DNA of 64,000 nucleotides from a virus (IMGVR_UViG_3300032288_004617:19541-83540); one strand, 5' to 3'. Shown: positions 9,401-19,598, counted from the stretch's first letter. Notes: generated by a model from the sequence alone, not told the origin. Program-made: numbers and translations.

Positions 9401-12400
9401 TTTTAACAGCAAATCTACTAATAAAAATATCTCCTCCTAAAACTGTATTACATTCAGAATTATCATTTATGTCACCACAAAACCCTGTACTAAGCCAACT
9501 TATAGAGTTAATACTTCCATATTGAGATGGGTTGTATTGCTTCATTGTCACATAAGGTGAAGAAGCGTTAGTAGTATATTGAGCAGCTTTTCCTATGAGG
9601 GTATCTGTTAATCTTCTACTTGAATTATCTAAACTATAATTTGTATTATCATAGTTAACAATTGTTCCTGGATAATTTATTCTATAGCTATCTCCAAATG
9701 AGATTAGAACAGAATCTTCCCTTCCTACATTATTAATCTTATATATATTGCCATTGTACTCATTTGAGACATTCCAATATCCCTCTTTTAAATACTGAAC
9801 AACTTCCGCAGATCTTAATAATGAATCACCCTGATTATTAGGCATAAATGTACTATAATGACCAACAACTGTCTGATAATACGCAAAATTATTAGGCTTA
9901 CCCATATTAGTAAATGTCTGAAGCCATTGAAGTCTATATTGTCCTGTTTTTTTAATGGCCATAATTACATATGCTGCAATTGCTAGACCAGCGATAATAA
10001 CCGCAGCAGGAGAAGATACCCCACCTGCAGCGGCAGTAACTGTCCAGCTTGAAGACTGTATCACAACCTCTAAAGCAGATTCAAGAATAGCTAAAGATGT
10101 GGCTAAAGATTTTGCCTGATCCCCTAATAAAATATATGTTGGGTGATCTAAAACTTCATCAAAATACATTCTACCCTTACCCACTAGATACCCATCAATA
10201 GCTATCTCTCTTGTTAAAGTTGGCTTATTAAAGTGTATATTTGGAGAGTGAAAAGTAAAAATACTATTACTAGTACTTCCAAATGGATGCCCCTGATATT
10301 GCCCATTAAGAAGATCGTTACCTAAGGCATTCAAAGGGTAATTACTGTACATCTCACCCTGGAAGGATGATCTATATACATCAAAACATATACCTTTTGC
10401 TATAACAGATTTCTCAACCCTTCTATCTCCTATAAAAATTTCATACCCTGTTATTGCAAGTCTCTCAGATAATGTTAATAAATCATTATTGACAGCTATG
10501 TCTAGAAAAGTTCTGATAACATCAGCTGTAAGATTGAAACCAATAGGGTATATAACACTGTCACCAAAATTCGAAGGTGTTTGGTTTTGTGTAGACATGA
10601 ATGGAGATATCTTATTATCAGGATATTTGAAATGTCTTATAGGCTTATCCATAAAGTTCGCTTCAGTAGATAAGATATACTCAGTTCCAATAGATCCTAA
10701 TACAAAGTAGTCCTCGAACTTAGTCACATAGTCTGCAGGTAACGCACTTAAATCTGTACTTTTTATAATTAAATTAGAAGAATCATATAATTCTGAATTA
10801 CATGGGTACTTTTCAGTAGACTCCCAATAAGAGAATTCCCCCTTTTGGTATGGAACAGGATCGCAATCTCCTAGCTTAGGTATAGTGTATGTACACACAG
10901 AGCTATATGTTTGTTTTTTTCCAAATGTAAGATTTATAAAAGAGTTTATTTGCGAATACTCTACAGCCCTTTGGTACATATTAAAATTACCACAAGGTGG
11001 TGCTAGAGTATACTTTAATACACCTCTCATTTTTAATGCTGTATCTATTGCTATATATGCATAATCTGTTGTAAAATCTGTTTTATTCAACTCTAATCTA
11101 GTTACATTAGTGTCGAAATCTGAAACTAATAAAGAGTAAGATGTGATATCTGAAGTTGCTCCACAACTATCATAAACACTTATTCTAATAGTATTTCCTG
11201 TGTTAGAATCTGAACTGTCACATTTAACTCTTGATAAATCTACTAATATTTTATCCTCTCCATTAAATTCGGCCTTAAACCAAAGTACACTTTTATTTAA
11301 GAAGTTTCCAAACTCAGCACTGTAATAAGTTGATGCTATAGTTGTAATTAACGCTGCACTTGTAGTAGCTCCAAAATCTTGGAAATAGAATGGTATGTCT
11401 ATTTGAGGACTTTGTAATGTCGATAGTGCAGTTGCTGCTCCACATGTTGTGTTTGGTAATGGATTTGATTTAACAAATACCAAACTCGACATAGGCATAT
11501 AATCATTCTCAAATGTTGTATTTCTTTGAATGTTTCCACTTGAATCTGGCTTCCAATAGTTCCAAACACTTGGTGATTGTACTTCAGTGTACATATCATC
11601 TTCCCATTGGACAAGTGTAGAAGTCTCTTCATCAACGCTAATAGCAAACATATTCTCTTCAACTAAGGTAAGCTCTTCACTACAGTTTGTCCCAAATTCA
11701 GGTGTACAAGATCCTATATATGTCGAAGGATTATTTAAAATGTATTTTATGTCATCAAATTGTGGATCTGTTGACACTTTAATAGCTTCTATATTTGTAT
11801 TGATGTAGCTAACTAAACTTAACTCTGAATTAATTGTTATATCTCCACTAGGTATTGAAGTGAGTGTAGAAGCTTCTCCTGCTACTGAAACAACACAAGA
11901 TAATTCATTAACTCTAGTTATAGTTGTAGTCTCTCCTGATCCTGCAGGAATTGTACATAAATCCGGATCTACAGTTGCAGTATTGTTATACTGCCAATAT
12001 TTGTCACGTTCTGTTCCATTACAATTAGAAGTATATGCATTTATAGATTGGTAATTCTTATCTCCAGTACTCATAAGCTCTATCTCAATAGGCTTTGGAG
12101 GTCTTGAAATTAAAGGGAAATTTGCTGTAGTATATCCTCCATTAAAAAAGAATCTTATAGAGTATGGATATACTTCATCTCTCATAGCTGATTTATAATT
12201 GGAAACATTTTCTCCTTCCATATACAAATCCTCTTTTGCTTGAAGTGTCCCCCATTTAGCTAAAGATCCCATTAAGTTGACTACAGGTTGAAGATTTACT
12301 TCTCTATGCTCTTTTAATCCATATTGAAATAGTGTACCATTACTATCTGACATACCTTTTGATGTAATATAAAAAGGTTTTTGGGAAATTAGGTCATCAA

Positions 12401-13442
12401 AAGATACTTGTTTTTTCCCATTCAACGATGTGATTATAACCTTTAGATTATCTATTGGATATGTATTATATTCATAATAGGAAACTGATGCATCTAATCC
12501 TGACTTACTTACAACTGCTATTTTATAATAGTCATAGTTACTATCTAAATTAGAGACAGATAAACTAATAGCCTTATCTGTTAAATAGTCTAAGTTAGTT
12601 TGGTCTAAAATATTGTTATTTCTATCAAATATCGCAATAGGATTAGTCATTGAATAATAGTTTGAGATATTATTCCCTAATTTATCACAATAAGCTAAAA
12701 GGACTTCTATCATACCTGCTCTAAGTTTTCCACCTGATCTGATAGATTCTACTTTTAAACAAGGTTTTTCAAATAGTTTAAATATCCTCATTTTGTCTAC
12801 ATTCAGACAAGTGTCTGTAACAACATTAGTACATTCGTCAATATCTGTAAAATAATACGAAATGTTATCTAATTGTATATATCTTGGAGGATTTAAATTA
12901 TCTGTAAAATAAATTACCTTACCTGACTTCTCATCTTTTATATGAATATTATTTTCAAAAATTGGATAGTCTATGCTAAAGTTAAGGCTACCTGTAGACA
13001 GTCCTGTTAACGTACAAAAGTCTGAAATAATTGTCGTATATGTACATATAGCTACTGGTCTTATTTGTTTCTCTAAAGGATTCTCTAAGATTACAGATAT
13101 ATTACAATTACAAGAATTTTCAACTTGTTGTAAATCTGTATATGTATAAAAACTACTTATATAGCCAATCTCGGAATCTCCTGTTGTAGGATTTGTTAAA
13201 AAGAAATATGTCCTATCTCCATTAATATCATACTTATGGCCAATAACTTTATATCCAGATTTAAAACCTGTACATTTTATATTAGAAGATTCATTCTGAA
13301 GAACAACAGGTCCATTTCCATGTTCATCTTGAAAATTAACATTTAATGCAAATGAGTATTCAGTCTCTTTTAATTCTGCTTCATGAGAATCTCGGTTCAT
13401 CCCCTCTTTAGGAGATGATAGTTTTTTGTTACTTGCTGCCAT
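6486..13442 (-). CDS. Tail stabilisation/muzzle protein with large inserted domains
   Basis: 2318 aa. crAss-type motifs GMNRD, YFTDNLNPPR, MRDEVY, FHSP, GGDIFISRF, FWVDAKRGKVF, SWTVGYSPLLKTWISYYSF; follows the ring/tubular gene. Confidence 0.85.
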   Translation of the reverse strand: MAASNKKLSSPKEGMNRDSHEAELKETEYSFALNVNFQDEHGNGPVVLQNESSNIKCTGFKSGYKVIGHKYDINGDRTYFFLTNPTTGDSEIGYISSFYTYTDLQQVENSCNCNISVILENPLEKQIRPVAICTYTTIISDFCTLTGLSTGSLNFSIDYPIFENNIHIKDEKSGKVIYFTDNLNPPRYIQLDNISYYFTDIDECTNVVTDTCLNVDKMRIFKLFEKPCLKVESIRSGGKLRAGMIEVLLAYCDKLGNNISNYYSMTNPIAIFDRNNNILDQTNLDYLTDKAISLSVSNLDSNYDYYKIAVVSKSGLDASVSYYEYNTYPIDNLKVIITSLNGKKQVSFDDLISQKPFYITSKGMSDSNGTLFQYGLKEHREVNLQPVVNLMGSLAKWGTLQAKEDLYMEGENVSNYKSAMRDEVYPYSIRFFFNGGYTTANFPLISRPPKPIEIELMSTGDKNYQSINAYTSNCNGTERDKYWQYNNTATVDPDLCTIPAGSGETTTITRVNELSCVVSVAGEASTLTSIPSGDITINSELSLVSYINTNIEAIKVSTDPQFDDIKYILNNPSTYIGSCTPEFGTNCSEELTLVEENMFAISVDEETSTLVQWEDDMYTEVQSPSVWNYWKPDSSGNIQRNTTFENDYMPMSSLVFVKSNPLPNTTCGAATALSTLQSPQIDIPFYFQDFGATTSAALITTIASTYYSAEFGNFLNKSVLWFKAEFNGEDKILVDLSRVKCDSSDSNTGNTIRISVYDSCGATSDITSYSLLVSDFDTNVTRLELNKTDFTTDYAYIAIDTALKMRGVLKYTLAPPCGNFNMYQRAVEYSQINSFINLTFGKKQTYSSVCTYTIPKLGDCDPVPYQKGEFSYWESTEKYPCNSELYDSSNLIIKSTDLSALPADYVTKFEDYFVLGSIGTEYILSTEANFMDKPIRHFKYPDNKISPFMSTQNQTPSNFGDSVIYPIGFNLTADVIRTFLDIAVNNDLLTLSERLAITGYEIFIGDRRVEKSVIAKGICFDVYRSSFQGEMYSNYPLNALGNDLLNGQYQGHPFGSTSNSIFTFHSPNIHFNKPTLTREIAIDGYLVGKGRMYFDEVLDHPTYILLGDQAKSLATSLAILESALEVVIQSSSWTVTAAAGGVSSPAAVIIAGLAIAAYVIMAIKKTGQYRLQWLQTFTNMGKPNNFAYYQTVVGHYSTFMPNNQGDSLLRSAEVVQYLKEGYWNVSNEYNGNIYKINNVGREDSVLISFGDSYRINYPGTIVNYDNTNYSLDNSSRRLTDTLIGKAAQYTTNASSPYVTMKQYNPSQYGSINSISWLSTGFCGDINDNSECNTVLGGDIFISRFAVKRKFPFFKTDAFGLAPLTPFEYSSNFNINPHLNTVSSGRFFLDFMINDSDNYTASFIWPSNGSTYNLHQLSGNTGFYIKPPSKFFLYSYGIPYFLVESEYNMNYRYAKREYHENFYPNVNDVIDWTQEKNLSIKEPNTYFYNTVYSSTASEVAHRVLPTTYNRLQYDALSIQPNGVIYSEPDSSDNDLIDPWLIYKPLNTYQFPKSFGKLIEMDGIESEQILARFTNGVSIFGSIDQIRDRLTPETKNLGQGGIFAGRAVDFNKTDLGYAGTQHNAKISCDFGHFWVDAKRGKVFNLAPGGKSLDEITSGLEKWFKENLPFKILNSFPNIDIDNNFKGLGIAMGWDERQKRLFLTKKDYSIINDTLEYDEEVGFYVDVPCPTGYTLVDGVCTKITTTSKVPQGTPITVVNSKSTAYGWRYPALYDAYNPDGSALVDGMYPTGYTYEYLLNPFWTGNGVIYSNYVNRLGKTVSMKETSIILTNTSGTCNIELNGVGYLATFNTSLTQTATDFITTHGITLAGLGYSVTQVGPKLIFRFATSNPTTFGVTTLTGNLAFIFYGVNQMPSNVWYGATSIVSIPTTKTYYIFVVADNKFRFSIDGVVALESDWTAMQPQHTPNNSGDTIAFVRGHIYPIELTAGCHDIKVEGWNFGGDYMFGSAIFDNSKAELIAATSDADLNVIYSTETETIFYESVQEVTCPDTFVDVSPGDICGVCQKIETTYAIQEIALGNPTYFKECSWTVGYSPLLKTWISYYSFKPNYYIAYNNYFQTGINYSTTSSEIGLWTHLPFLSSYQVFYGKLYPFTVEFPLTTRYTNSVLTDIEYWLDVRKYYNKWDFTDIYGSGFNKAIVYNSFQNSGQLKLNTQINNNLSQQISYPKFNTNSIDILQSEIAGKYSFNYLYNLIRNERSGLPIWINDCAQIDKVLDSRLLDYRNNYKDRLRGDHFLIRLTNDVESRFKMLFRFMGDTREYYEQ

Positions 13443-14302
13443 TAGAAATTTGTTTCGTATTGTCTAGATTCTAATTGATTTAATCTTTTTATGTCTTGGA
13501 AAACAGAAGGTTTTAATCTTGTCATCTTTAACTCTGTTGATGCATTCTTTAAAGATATTGTCTCTTCTTGCTTATAGATTTGGTATAAGTTTTGTATACC
13601 TAAAGAATCATTATTCCCCATTAGTCTTTCTGTTAATCTTCTTTTTAAGAAATACTCTAGGTATGTCTCTAAATGTCCATTAGGTGTTTCAGGTATCTCT
13701 ATGTTACCATCTTCGTCAGAAGGTAAACCATAGTAAATCATGTAGATATATCCACTGTTGAAATTTGCTTGTAATCTGAAATTATTTATAACAATCTCGT
13801 TTGGATTATCTGTTATTATTTTATTTCTACATGATGCGTGGCAATTACTTTTTTCAAATGATCTACCTAAAGTAAGTAACCTTGGACTTTGATAAGTGAA
13901 TGTAACTGCATTTCCATTATAATAAAGATTCTCCTTAATAACATTTTCAGAAATAGTTTCACAACCTGCACTACACTCTGACCACTCTTTATTCTTAATA
14001 GTTCTTTCTTTATATATCACTGAGTTGATAAGTGAATCTTGCTCTACACCATCGTGATTAATCATCTCACCAGGCTCACATAGATATGCAGCATACAAAC
14101 TAAAAAAAGAATCAGGAAGTTTAGCAAAACCATTCTCCACTGTAACAATTGTCTCTTGTCTATAAGTTATATCATTTCCAAATCTCTTCAGTCCTAATGT
14201 TATATCTCTATATAAAGATGTATCATCAATAAGTCCTGCATCTGCATACTTACTGAAGTCACTTTTTATTTGAGCAATTAAAGCTTCTACGTTACTAAAC
14301 AT
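13442..14302 (-). CDS. Tail tubular/ring protein (head-tail connector)
   Basis: 286 aa, coupled to the muzzle gene. VENGFAKLPDSF and YYGLPSDEDGNIEIPE are typical of crAss-like ring proteins. Confidence 0.7.
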   Translation of the reverse strand: MFSNVEALIAQIKSDFSKYADAGLIDDTSLYRDITLGLKRFGNDITYRQETIVTVENGFAKLPDSFFSLYAAYLCEPGEMINHDGVEQDSLINSVIYKERTIKNKEWSECSAGCETISENVIKENLYYNGNAVTFTYQSPRLLTLGRSFEKSNCHASCRNKIITDNPNEIVINNFRLQANFNSGYIYMIYYGLPSDEDGNIEIPETPNGHLETYLEYFLKRRLTERLMGNNDSLGIQNLYQIYKQEETISLKNASTELKMTRLKPSVFQDIKRLNQLESRQYETNF

Positions 14303-14788
14303 CTATATTAATTTTAATTTTTGTACTGTGTATATGTAGTTTTTGTATTTCTTTCCTGCGTAAACATTTTCCTTTACACTTTGAGCTATCGAATGCACGT
14401 AGCTGTTATCCATGCTCCAACAATATGGTGGAAGATGTCGCTCCTTTACAGGATAAAACATTGGTTCAATATACCTTGCATCCTTCTTTTGATTGTAATA
14501 CATTTCAGAAGTCCCATCAGGATATACATAACTAGCAATCCTTTTCTTTGGAGATCTAAATACAAAAAAATATCCAAGATTCTTAATAGCTACACCACCC
14601 CTATTGTTAACAACGTCAAATGCAATTGTTTTAAATATTTCTATAACTACTTTGATGTAAAGGTTTCTATTTGTTATTCTATGAATCTTAGGTATCTTCT
14701 GCTTAAACTTATTATAATGAGGCCACATTCCAATAGCTGAAATGTGTTTCATTTTTAAATATTGTATATTAGCAAAACCCCAAGCCAT
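14303..14788 (-). CDS. IHF/HU-like DNA-binding protein
   Basis: Basic; IFKTIAFDVVNNRGGVAIKNLGYFFV matches the IHF core; sits between two ring genes as in crAss-like phages. Confidence 0.6.
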   Translation of the reverse strand: MAWGFANIQYLKMKHISAIGMWPHYNKFKQKIPKIHRITNRNLYIKVVIEIFKTIAFDVVNNRGGVAIKNLGYFFVFRSPKKRIASYVYPDGTSEMYYNQKKDARYIEPMFYPVKERHLPPYCWSMDNSYVHSIAQSVKENVYAGKKYKNYIYTVQKLKLI

Positions 14789-15489
14789 TATTGAACTGTT
14801 TTACTTTTTTGATTTATGTCTAAATTAGGATTTGAATCTTCAACAGAAGTTCTATATATTGAACCAAGTTCTGTTAAGGTATCTCCAACCACTCTATCTA
14901 AAAATCTATCAGGGCATACAAATTCATAATCCCAAACAGACTTACAATTAGAAGTATTAGATCCGTTGCAACTAGATACGTCTTCAGTAGCCTTCTTATC
15001 TAAGGTGATCATCCTTAACTCTAACAATTGAGTAGTTGAATTAGGTAATACAATATACCCATCTGAAATTGTATAATATCTTGTTGTATCTCTTGTATAC
15101 TTTCTCTTCTTTAACTCTGCAAATCTTTGTGGAGAAATATAATCATATTCTTCCTCTCCTTCAATATTCATAACGGATATAATTCCAGATCCATTCTTTC
15201 CAAAAATACCATCCGGTATCTTCTTTACAGACCTCATTATATTTCTACAAATATTAAACTCAAAAATGCAACAAGTTTTATAGTCCACAGACTCTAACTC
15301 AAAACAAGATATTGTAGAAATTATACCATCTTCTCTGTATAGAGTCATTTCATCAAGCTTTTGGCTCATATAAAATTTTGCCTTTGTCTTACCTATATTT
15401 AAAACAAATCTGTCGCTTATATGTCCATCTTTTGTCAAGGCTTTAAGGTTATTACTTACCCTTGAAACAAATTCACTGTTAGTTATCAT
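14788..15489 (-). CDS. Tail ring protein
   Basis: 233 aa; ISDRFV, RSVKKIP, YYTISDGYIVL, EFVCPD; synteny with the IHF and muzzle genes. Confidence 0.6.
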   Translation of the reverse strand: MITNSEFVSRVSNNLKALTKDGHISDRFVLNIGKTKAKFYMSQKLDEMTLYREDGIISTISCFELESVDYKTCCIFEFNICRNIMRSVKKIPDGIFGKNGSGIISVMNIEGEEEYDYISPQRFAELKKRKYTRDTTRYYTISDGYIVLPNSTTQLLELRMITLDKKATEDVSSCNGSNTSNCKSVWDYEFVCPDRFLDRVVGDTLTELGSIYRTSVEDSNPNLDINQKSKTVQ

Positions 15490-15811
15490 TTGAATAAAAT
15501 CTTATATATGTATCTCTCACGCTTTTTAAAACTGCACACTGTTCAAACATTTGAACTTCTATCAACTCTGAAATTACTCTGTTTATTGTTTCAACTAATT
15601 CAGTTGGTTCAAATATGATTTCATTTTCTACATTTTTTGACAGTACTTTCATAATCAACATATTTGGATATTCTTTTAAATAATTATATCTTTTACTAAG
15701 TTGTAAGTAATACTCAATGTCTTGATCGTCCAATGTATACAAATGGACTTTAAATCTATCCTCCTCAAGTTCACAAGATCTGCTTATGTTAATCATTTCA
15801 GTTTTTACCAA
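15479..15811 (-). CDS. Hypothetical protein with UVR-like C-terminal helix
   Basis: ORF track; LIEVQMFEQCAVLKSVRD resembles the UVR motif. Confidence 0.5.
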   Translation of the reverse strand: MVKTEMINISRSCELEEDRFKVHLYTLDDQDIEYYLQLSKRYNYLKEYPNMLIMKVLSKNVENEIIFEPTELVETINRVISELIEVQMFEQCAVLKSVRDTYIRFYSNDN

Positions 15812-15859
15812 AATTACTTATTCTTTTTTAGTAGGTCAAATTTATAACTTTTTTGACAA

Positions 15860-15885
15860 TAAAAAACCCCTCACTAGGAGGGGAT
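15860..15885 (-). terminator. Rho-independent terminator
   Basis: Minus strand CCCCTC-CTAGT-GAGGGG followed by TTTTTT. Confidence 0.8.
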
Positions 15886-15918
15886 TAGAATGTAAGAAAA
15901 ACCACTAAAACTTACAGA

Positions 15919-16482
15919 CTAAGATATTTTAGTAATCTTACATACAGCATTTCTTGGATATGTTGTAACCTTACTAGGAGTTGCAGATGCTTCTATTTTT
16001 ATAGTGAATCCAGCAATAAGGTTAATTCTTGATGCAAACAGTTTAAAAGGTATTGATACATTTGTCATTCCATTTGTAGAAATCTCTCTATTCACTGCAG
16101 CATTGTATGGAGAATTATTTACAAGTAACCTTAAATTTAATTTTCCTGTACTCGTACTAAACATCTCTCCTACATATTCTATCTCATATTCACCATCTCC
16201 ACCCAAAGGGACTGTATAAGTTGTTCCAGCCATAGTGTTATACACAGGAAAATTACCAGGGGTATTTGCACCTAATGCTTGTTCTGAATAGTATACTGTT
16301 TTTGATGTTATATTAGGTACAAGATTTCCTTCTAAATATTCCTCTATATTTAAGAAAACTGACTCTACTGAATCTCCTGTAACACTACCTATTAAAGGTA
16401 AATCTACTCCGGTGTAAACACATGGTTTATTAGTGGGAGTCGTTTGGGAGCATGGACACTCTATTGGAATATTTGTACACAT
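15919..16482 (-). CDS. Small fibre/structural protein (Cys-rich N-module plus C1q/TNF-like beta C-domain)
   Basis: CVYTGVDLPLIGSVTGDSVESV module; YTVPLGGDGEYEI beta-sandwich pattern. Confidence 0.5.
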   Translation of the reverse strand: MCTNIPIECPCSQTTPTNKPCVYTGVDLPLIGSVTGDSVESVFLNIEEYLEGNLVPNITSKTVYYSEQALGANTPGNFPVYNTMAGTTYTVPLGGDGEYEIEYVGEMFSTSTGKLNLRLLVNNSPYNAAVNREISTNGMTNVSIPFKLFASRINLIAGFTIKIEASATPSKVTTYPRNAVCKITKIS

Positions 16483-16535
16483 TATAAAATATTTTAAACT
16501 TTTTTATTATTCTTGTAAGTACTATATACTAAAAA

Positions 16536-17780
16536 TTAATTATAAACTCTGATTTCTAAACTCGCATTATCTAAAGTGCTATCCCTTCCTATTGTTGAAG
16601 GATCATAGGTTCTTATAGCAACAACATCACCACTATTTCTTTTTGTATAACCAATTACTTGAGGATCTGTCAAACTTAATGTTAATTGAGAAAATGTTTT
16701 TGAAGCAGTAAAAGCACCTGTTAATGTTCCGCTATAAGTACCAGCTGAAGTTCTTGTCCAAACTATTGCACCAATTGTATTCTCTAAAACAGTCGCAGTA
16801 GGTGCAGCCGTTCCACTCTGAGAAATTAAAGCTGAATACACTTTGTAAGGTCTAAAATCTACAGAAGGACCTGTAGCTCCTGTTGCCCCATTAGGAGTAA
16901 AGTCTACAACCAAAATATCACCTGATAAAAAACTACCTTCATTTTGAATTACAGTTACATCTATGTGAGCTACTAAACCTACAGTAGAATAACCTGTAAT
17001 TTTACCCATCCAAAAGTTAGTTTCGTCAGAGTTAGCATTATAAATTTTTAGTAATCCATAGTAATTAGTGCCACCAATGTTGTTTGAGAAAGCAGCTAAA
17101 AAATCTACCATATCAATGTTGACATTATTATTAAAGTTAATATAAACTTTAGTAGCAAAACCTGGAACACTATTATCAAAATTGAGGTTTGTTGGTAACG
17201 GAGTAGCACTCGTTCCTGCCTGAAATATCCATTTACTAGACCATCCACCTGGAACACCGTCTATACCATTTGTTCCATTTGTTCCATTTACACCTGGGGC
17301 ACCTGCAGGACCTATTAAAGATATTCCAGATCCCCAAACACCAGAAACTTTTGGTCCATATAAAATATGAGTTACATTATCAATGTAGTAATCCCCATTA
17401 GAACCATTGTATATTTCAGGAGCCACATTTCCACTAAGAATAGTGTTTCCATTTAATCCATTAGCTCCAGTTGCTCCTGTACAAACGTACTGAGTTGTCA
17501 TTATTAAATTCGTATCTCCATTAACAAGATCAATCCTCACTCCACCATAAGCACAGTTTGGACCTGGAGCTTCTTGTTGTAGATTGAAATAGTTAGCAGA
17601 GCTTACTTCACAATACTTAGCGTTTATTTTAGTAAGTACATCTGATAAAAGATTTCCACTAATAACATCTATACAAGATAAACTCTCTCCAGAATATCTC
17701 ACACATCCAGCATCTACTTCAAAGGCACATCCACATGTTGACTCTGCACATGCTGTTGTTGTATTTGTACAATTACACAT
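16536..17780 (-). CDS. Collagen-like fibre protein
   Basis: G-X-Y runs (GATGANGLNG, GPAGAPGVNGTNGTNGIDG), GDYYIDNVTHILYGPK motif, C-terminal YKVYSALISQSGT...LEIRVYN domain. Confidence 0.75.
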   Translation of the reverse strand: MCNCTNTTTACAESTCGCAFEVDAGCVRYSGESLSCIDVISGNLLSDVLTKINAKYCEVSSANYFNLQQEAPGPNCAYGGVRIDLVNGDTNLIMTTQYVCTGATGANGLNGNTILSGNVAPEIYNGSNGDYYIDNVTHILYGPKVSGVWGSGISLIGPAGAPGVNGTNGTNGIDGVPGGWSSKWIFQAGTSATPLPTNLNFDNSVPGFATKVYINFNNNVNIDMVDFLAAFSNNIGGTNYYGLLKIYNANSDETNFWMGKITGYSTVGLVAHIDVTVIQNEGSFLSGDILVVDFTPNGATGATGPSVDFRPYKVYSALISQSGTAAPTATVLENTIGAIVWTRTSAGTYSGTLTGAFTASKTFSQLTLSLTDPQVIGYTKRNSGDVVAIRTYDPSTIGRDSTLDNASLEIRVYN

Positions 17781-17803
17781 ATTAGTTTTTTAAATATTAT
17801 TTA

Positions 17804-18130
17804 TTATAATTTTATTCTAAGAAATCCGTTTGTATCTTTATAAGGCTTGCCTGTCAAAAGTCCTGCAGTAGCTGCAGCCGTTTCATCAGCATACACCGGA
17901 AGAGTTGTCAAATCAATAGTCTTTGAAAACTGTTGATTGATAACTTGCATCTTTAACATTATTTTACTAATAACAGATGTAAGAGTTTCTCCAATAGCTA
18001 TTCCAAAAAAAGTGTATGCGTTTTTAGTCACAACACATTCAGTACTGATTAATGAACTGCATTCAACAGATGTATCGTCAACTGCAGGTTTTGTTATTTC
18101 TTTACAGTTTGTTGATTTTGTAATTCCCAT
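17804..18130 (-). CDS. Small structural protein with Cys module
   Basis: CSSLISTECV...GETLTSVISKI; LPVYADETAAATAGL motif of fibre-associated proteins. Confidence 0.55.
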   Translation of the reverse strand: MGITKSTNCKEITKPAVDDTSVECSSLISTECVVTKNAYTFFGIAIGETLTSVISKIMLKMQVINQQFSKTIDLTTLPVYADETAAATAGLLTGKPYKDTNGFLRIKL

Positions 18131-18134
18131 TATA

Positions 18135-18602
18135 TTAAGGTTGAAGATTATCTAACATTATTTGTAATAACTCTTGTAAGTTAGCCGGCTGATTTCCACA
18201 AGCATCTACTAATACACCGTAGTCTAAATTTAAACAAGCGATGTTATCAGAGAATATTTTTGGACAGTCTGTACAATCAGGTGATCCAGAACAGTCATCA
18301 CATTTCATTCCAATGAATGCCATAACCTCTTCTAACTTCTGCTCTAAGCCTATAATAGCTGCACTAACTGTTAAAGGATTAGCACCATTATTGAAATCTA
18401 TACATTGACTAGTTAAAGCTGTTAAATCAGTATTTGCTTTTAACTCATCAAGTCCATCATTAATATCTTCTATAACATCTTGAACTGAAAGACAGTTATC
18501 AGGATCTAATCCTGTATCATCTCTTAAAATCCCTTCATAGTCTACACAAATAGATGACGATCTCTTACCACATCTATTTGATATTTTATCTCTACAACTC
18601 AT
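18135..18602 (-). CDS. Cys-rich structural protein
   Basis: 11 Cys in 155 aa; CVDYEG module. Confidence 0.55.
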   Translation of the reverse strand: MSCRDKISNRCGKRSSSICVDYEGILRDDTGLDPDNCLSVQDVIEDINDGLDELKANTDLTALTSQCIDFNNGANPLTVSAAIIGLEQKLEEVMAFIGMKCDDCSGSPDCTDCPKIFSDNIACLNLDYGVLVDACGNQPANLQELLQIMLDNLQP

Positions 18603-18852
18603 CTAATTTCAATATTGCGTTTTTAATAACTTGTTCTCTTATAAGTTTAATCTCTTCTTGATCTAAATAACAAATATTATTGCAAACAAATCTTTCCAAT
18701 CTTAACATCTCTCTCATCCTATCTAAACTAATCCCACATCCATAGTCAAATTTGATTTTCATCATTTGCTCCATAGATGTAGACTTGATGTACTTTGAAA
18801 GTACCTCATTTGTTGGTCTATTATTTGAATTGGTTACGTTTTGACTGCTCAC
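18592..18852 (-). CDS. Hypothetical protein (possible tail hub-related)
   Basis: ORF overlapping neighbours in the operon. Confidence 0.45.
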   Translation of the reverse strand: MSSQNVTNSNNRPTNEVLSKYIKSTSMEQMMKIKFDYGCGISLDRMREMLRLERFVCNNICYLDQEEIKLIREQVIKNAILKLDEL

Positions 18853-19072
18853 TATCTAGGTAGTTTGTTATTAACATTATCTGTTCTTGTGTCGGGCATA
18901 CGTCTTTAATATTGCTTATCAAAGAGTCTATCTCGTCAATTAATTCTTTATACTCAATCTTCTTTTCAGGAATCTTCACTGTATTGTAAAGAGTCACCGT
19001 TCTATTTCTAAGTAACCTTAGTGTATTAGAATTACCTCCACAAAGACCTCCTGTATTATTGCAAGAACACAT
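18821..19072 (-). CDS. Hypothetical protein
   Basis: ORF coupled to neighbours. Confidence 0.5.
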   Translation of the reverse strand: MCSCNNTGGLCGGNSNTLRLLRNRTVTLYNTVKIPEKKIEYKELIDEIDSLISNIKDVCPTQEQIMLITNYLDSEQSKRNQFK

Positions 19073-19073
19073 A

Positions 19074-19598
19074 CTAATGACACGTTTTACAATTTTTCAA
19101 CTTGTCTACTTTTTTTAAGACCTGTTGGAATATCATTGATGCTTCACTTTCTAGATTCTCTCTTACATGAGCTTCAGCTCCTCGTAATAAATATTCAATC
19201 TCTGTTAACTTATCTAAGATTAACTTTCTACTAGGATTTGTAAAACTGTCGATGTATATTCTGTCTAATTCAGACTGTACTTGATCCGTTTTTAAAAACC
19301 TAACTTCCTTATTAAAAGTACTAGGTGATCCTATAACTTTAATAATATAAATACCATCCGGAAGTGTCAATAGCTCTGAAGAGCTGCAATCAACACAACC
19401 AAGACTAAAAGAATTAGAGTTAAAAATATTTAACTTATTCTTATCAAAAAACTTTGTGAAAGGTTCAGAATATCCTGGAAGTGTAATTTCAATAATAGAA
19501 GGTCTATTCTCCAATAACTCCCAAAAAGAGAAATCAAATATCTTTAAATAATATAAATCACTTTTTATATCAAAATCTATATTTACGGCTTGACTCAT
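19074..19598 (-). CDS. Putative tail hub/fibre-attachment protein
   Basis: IEITLPGY and LPDGIYIIK motifs typical of crAss-like hub proteins. Confidence 0.55.
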   Translation of the reverse strand: MSQAVNIDFDIKSDLYYLKIFDFSFWELLENRPSIIEITLPGYSEPFTKFFDKNKLNIFNSNSFSLGCVDCSSSELLTLPDGIYIIKVIGSPSTFNKEVRFLKTDQVQSELDRIYIDSFTNPSRKLILDKLTEIEYLLRGAEAHVRENLESEASMIFQQVLKKVDKLKNCKTCH

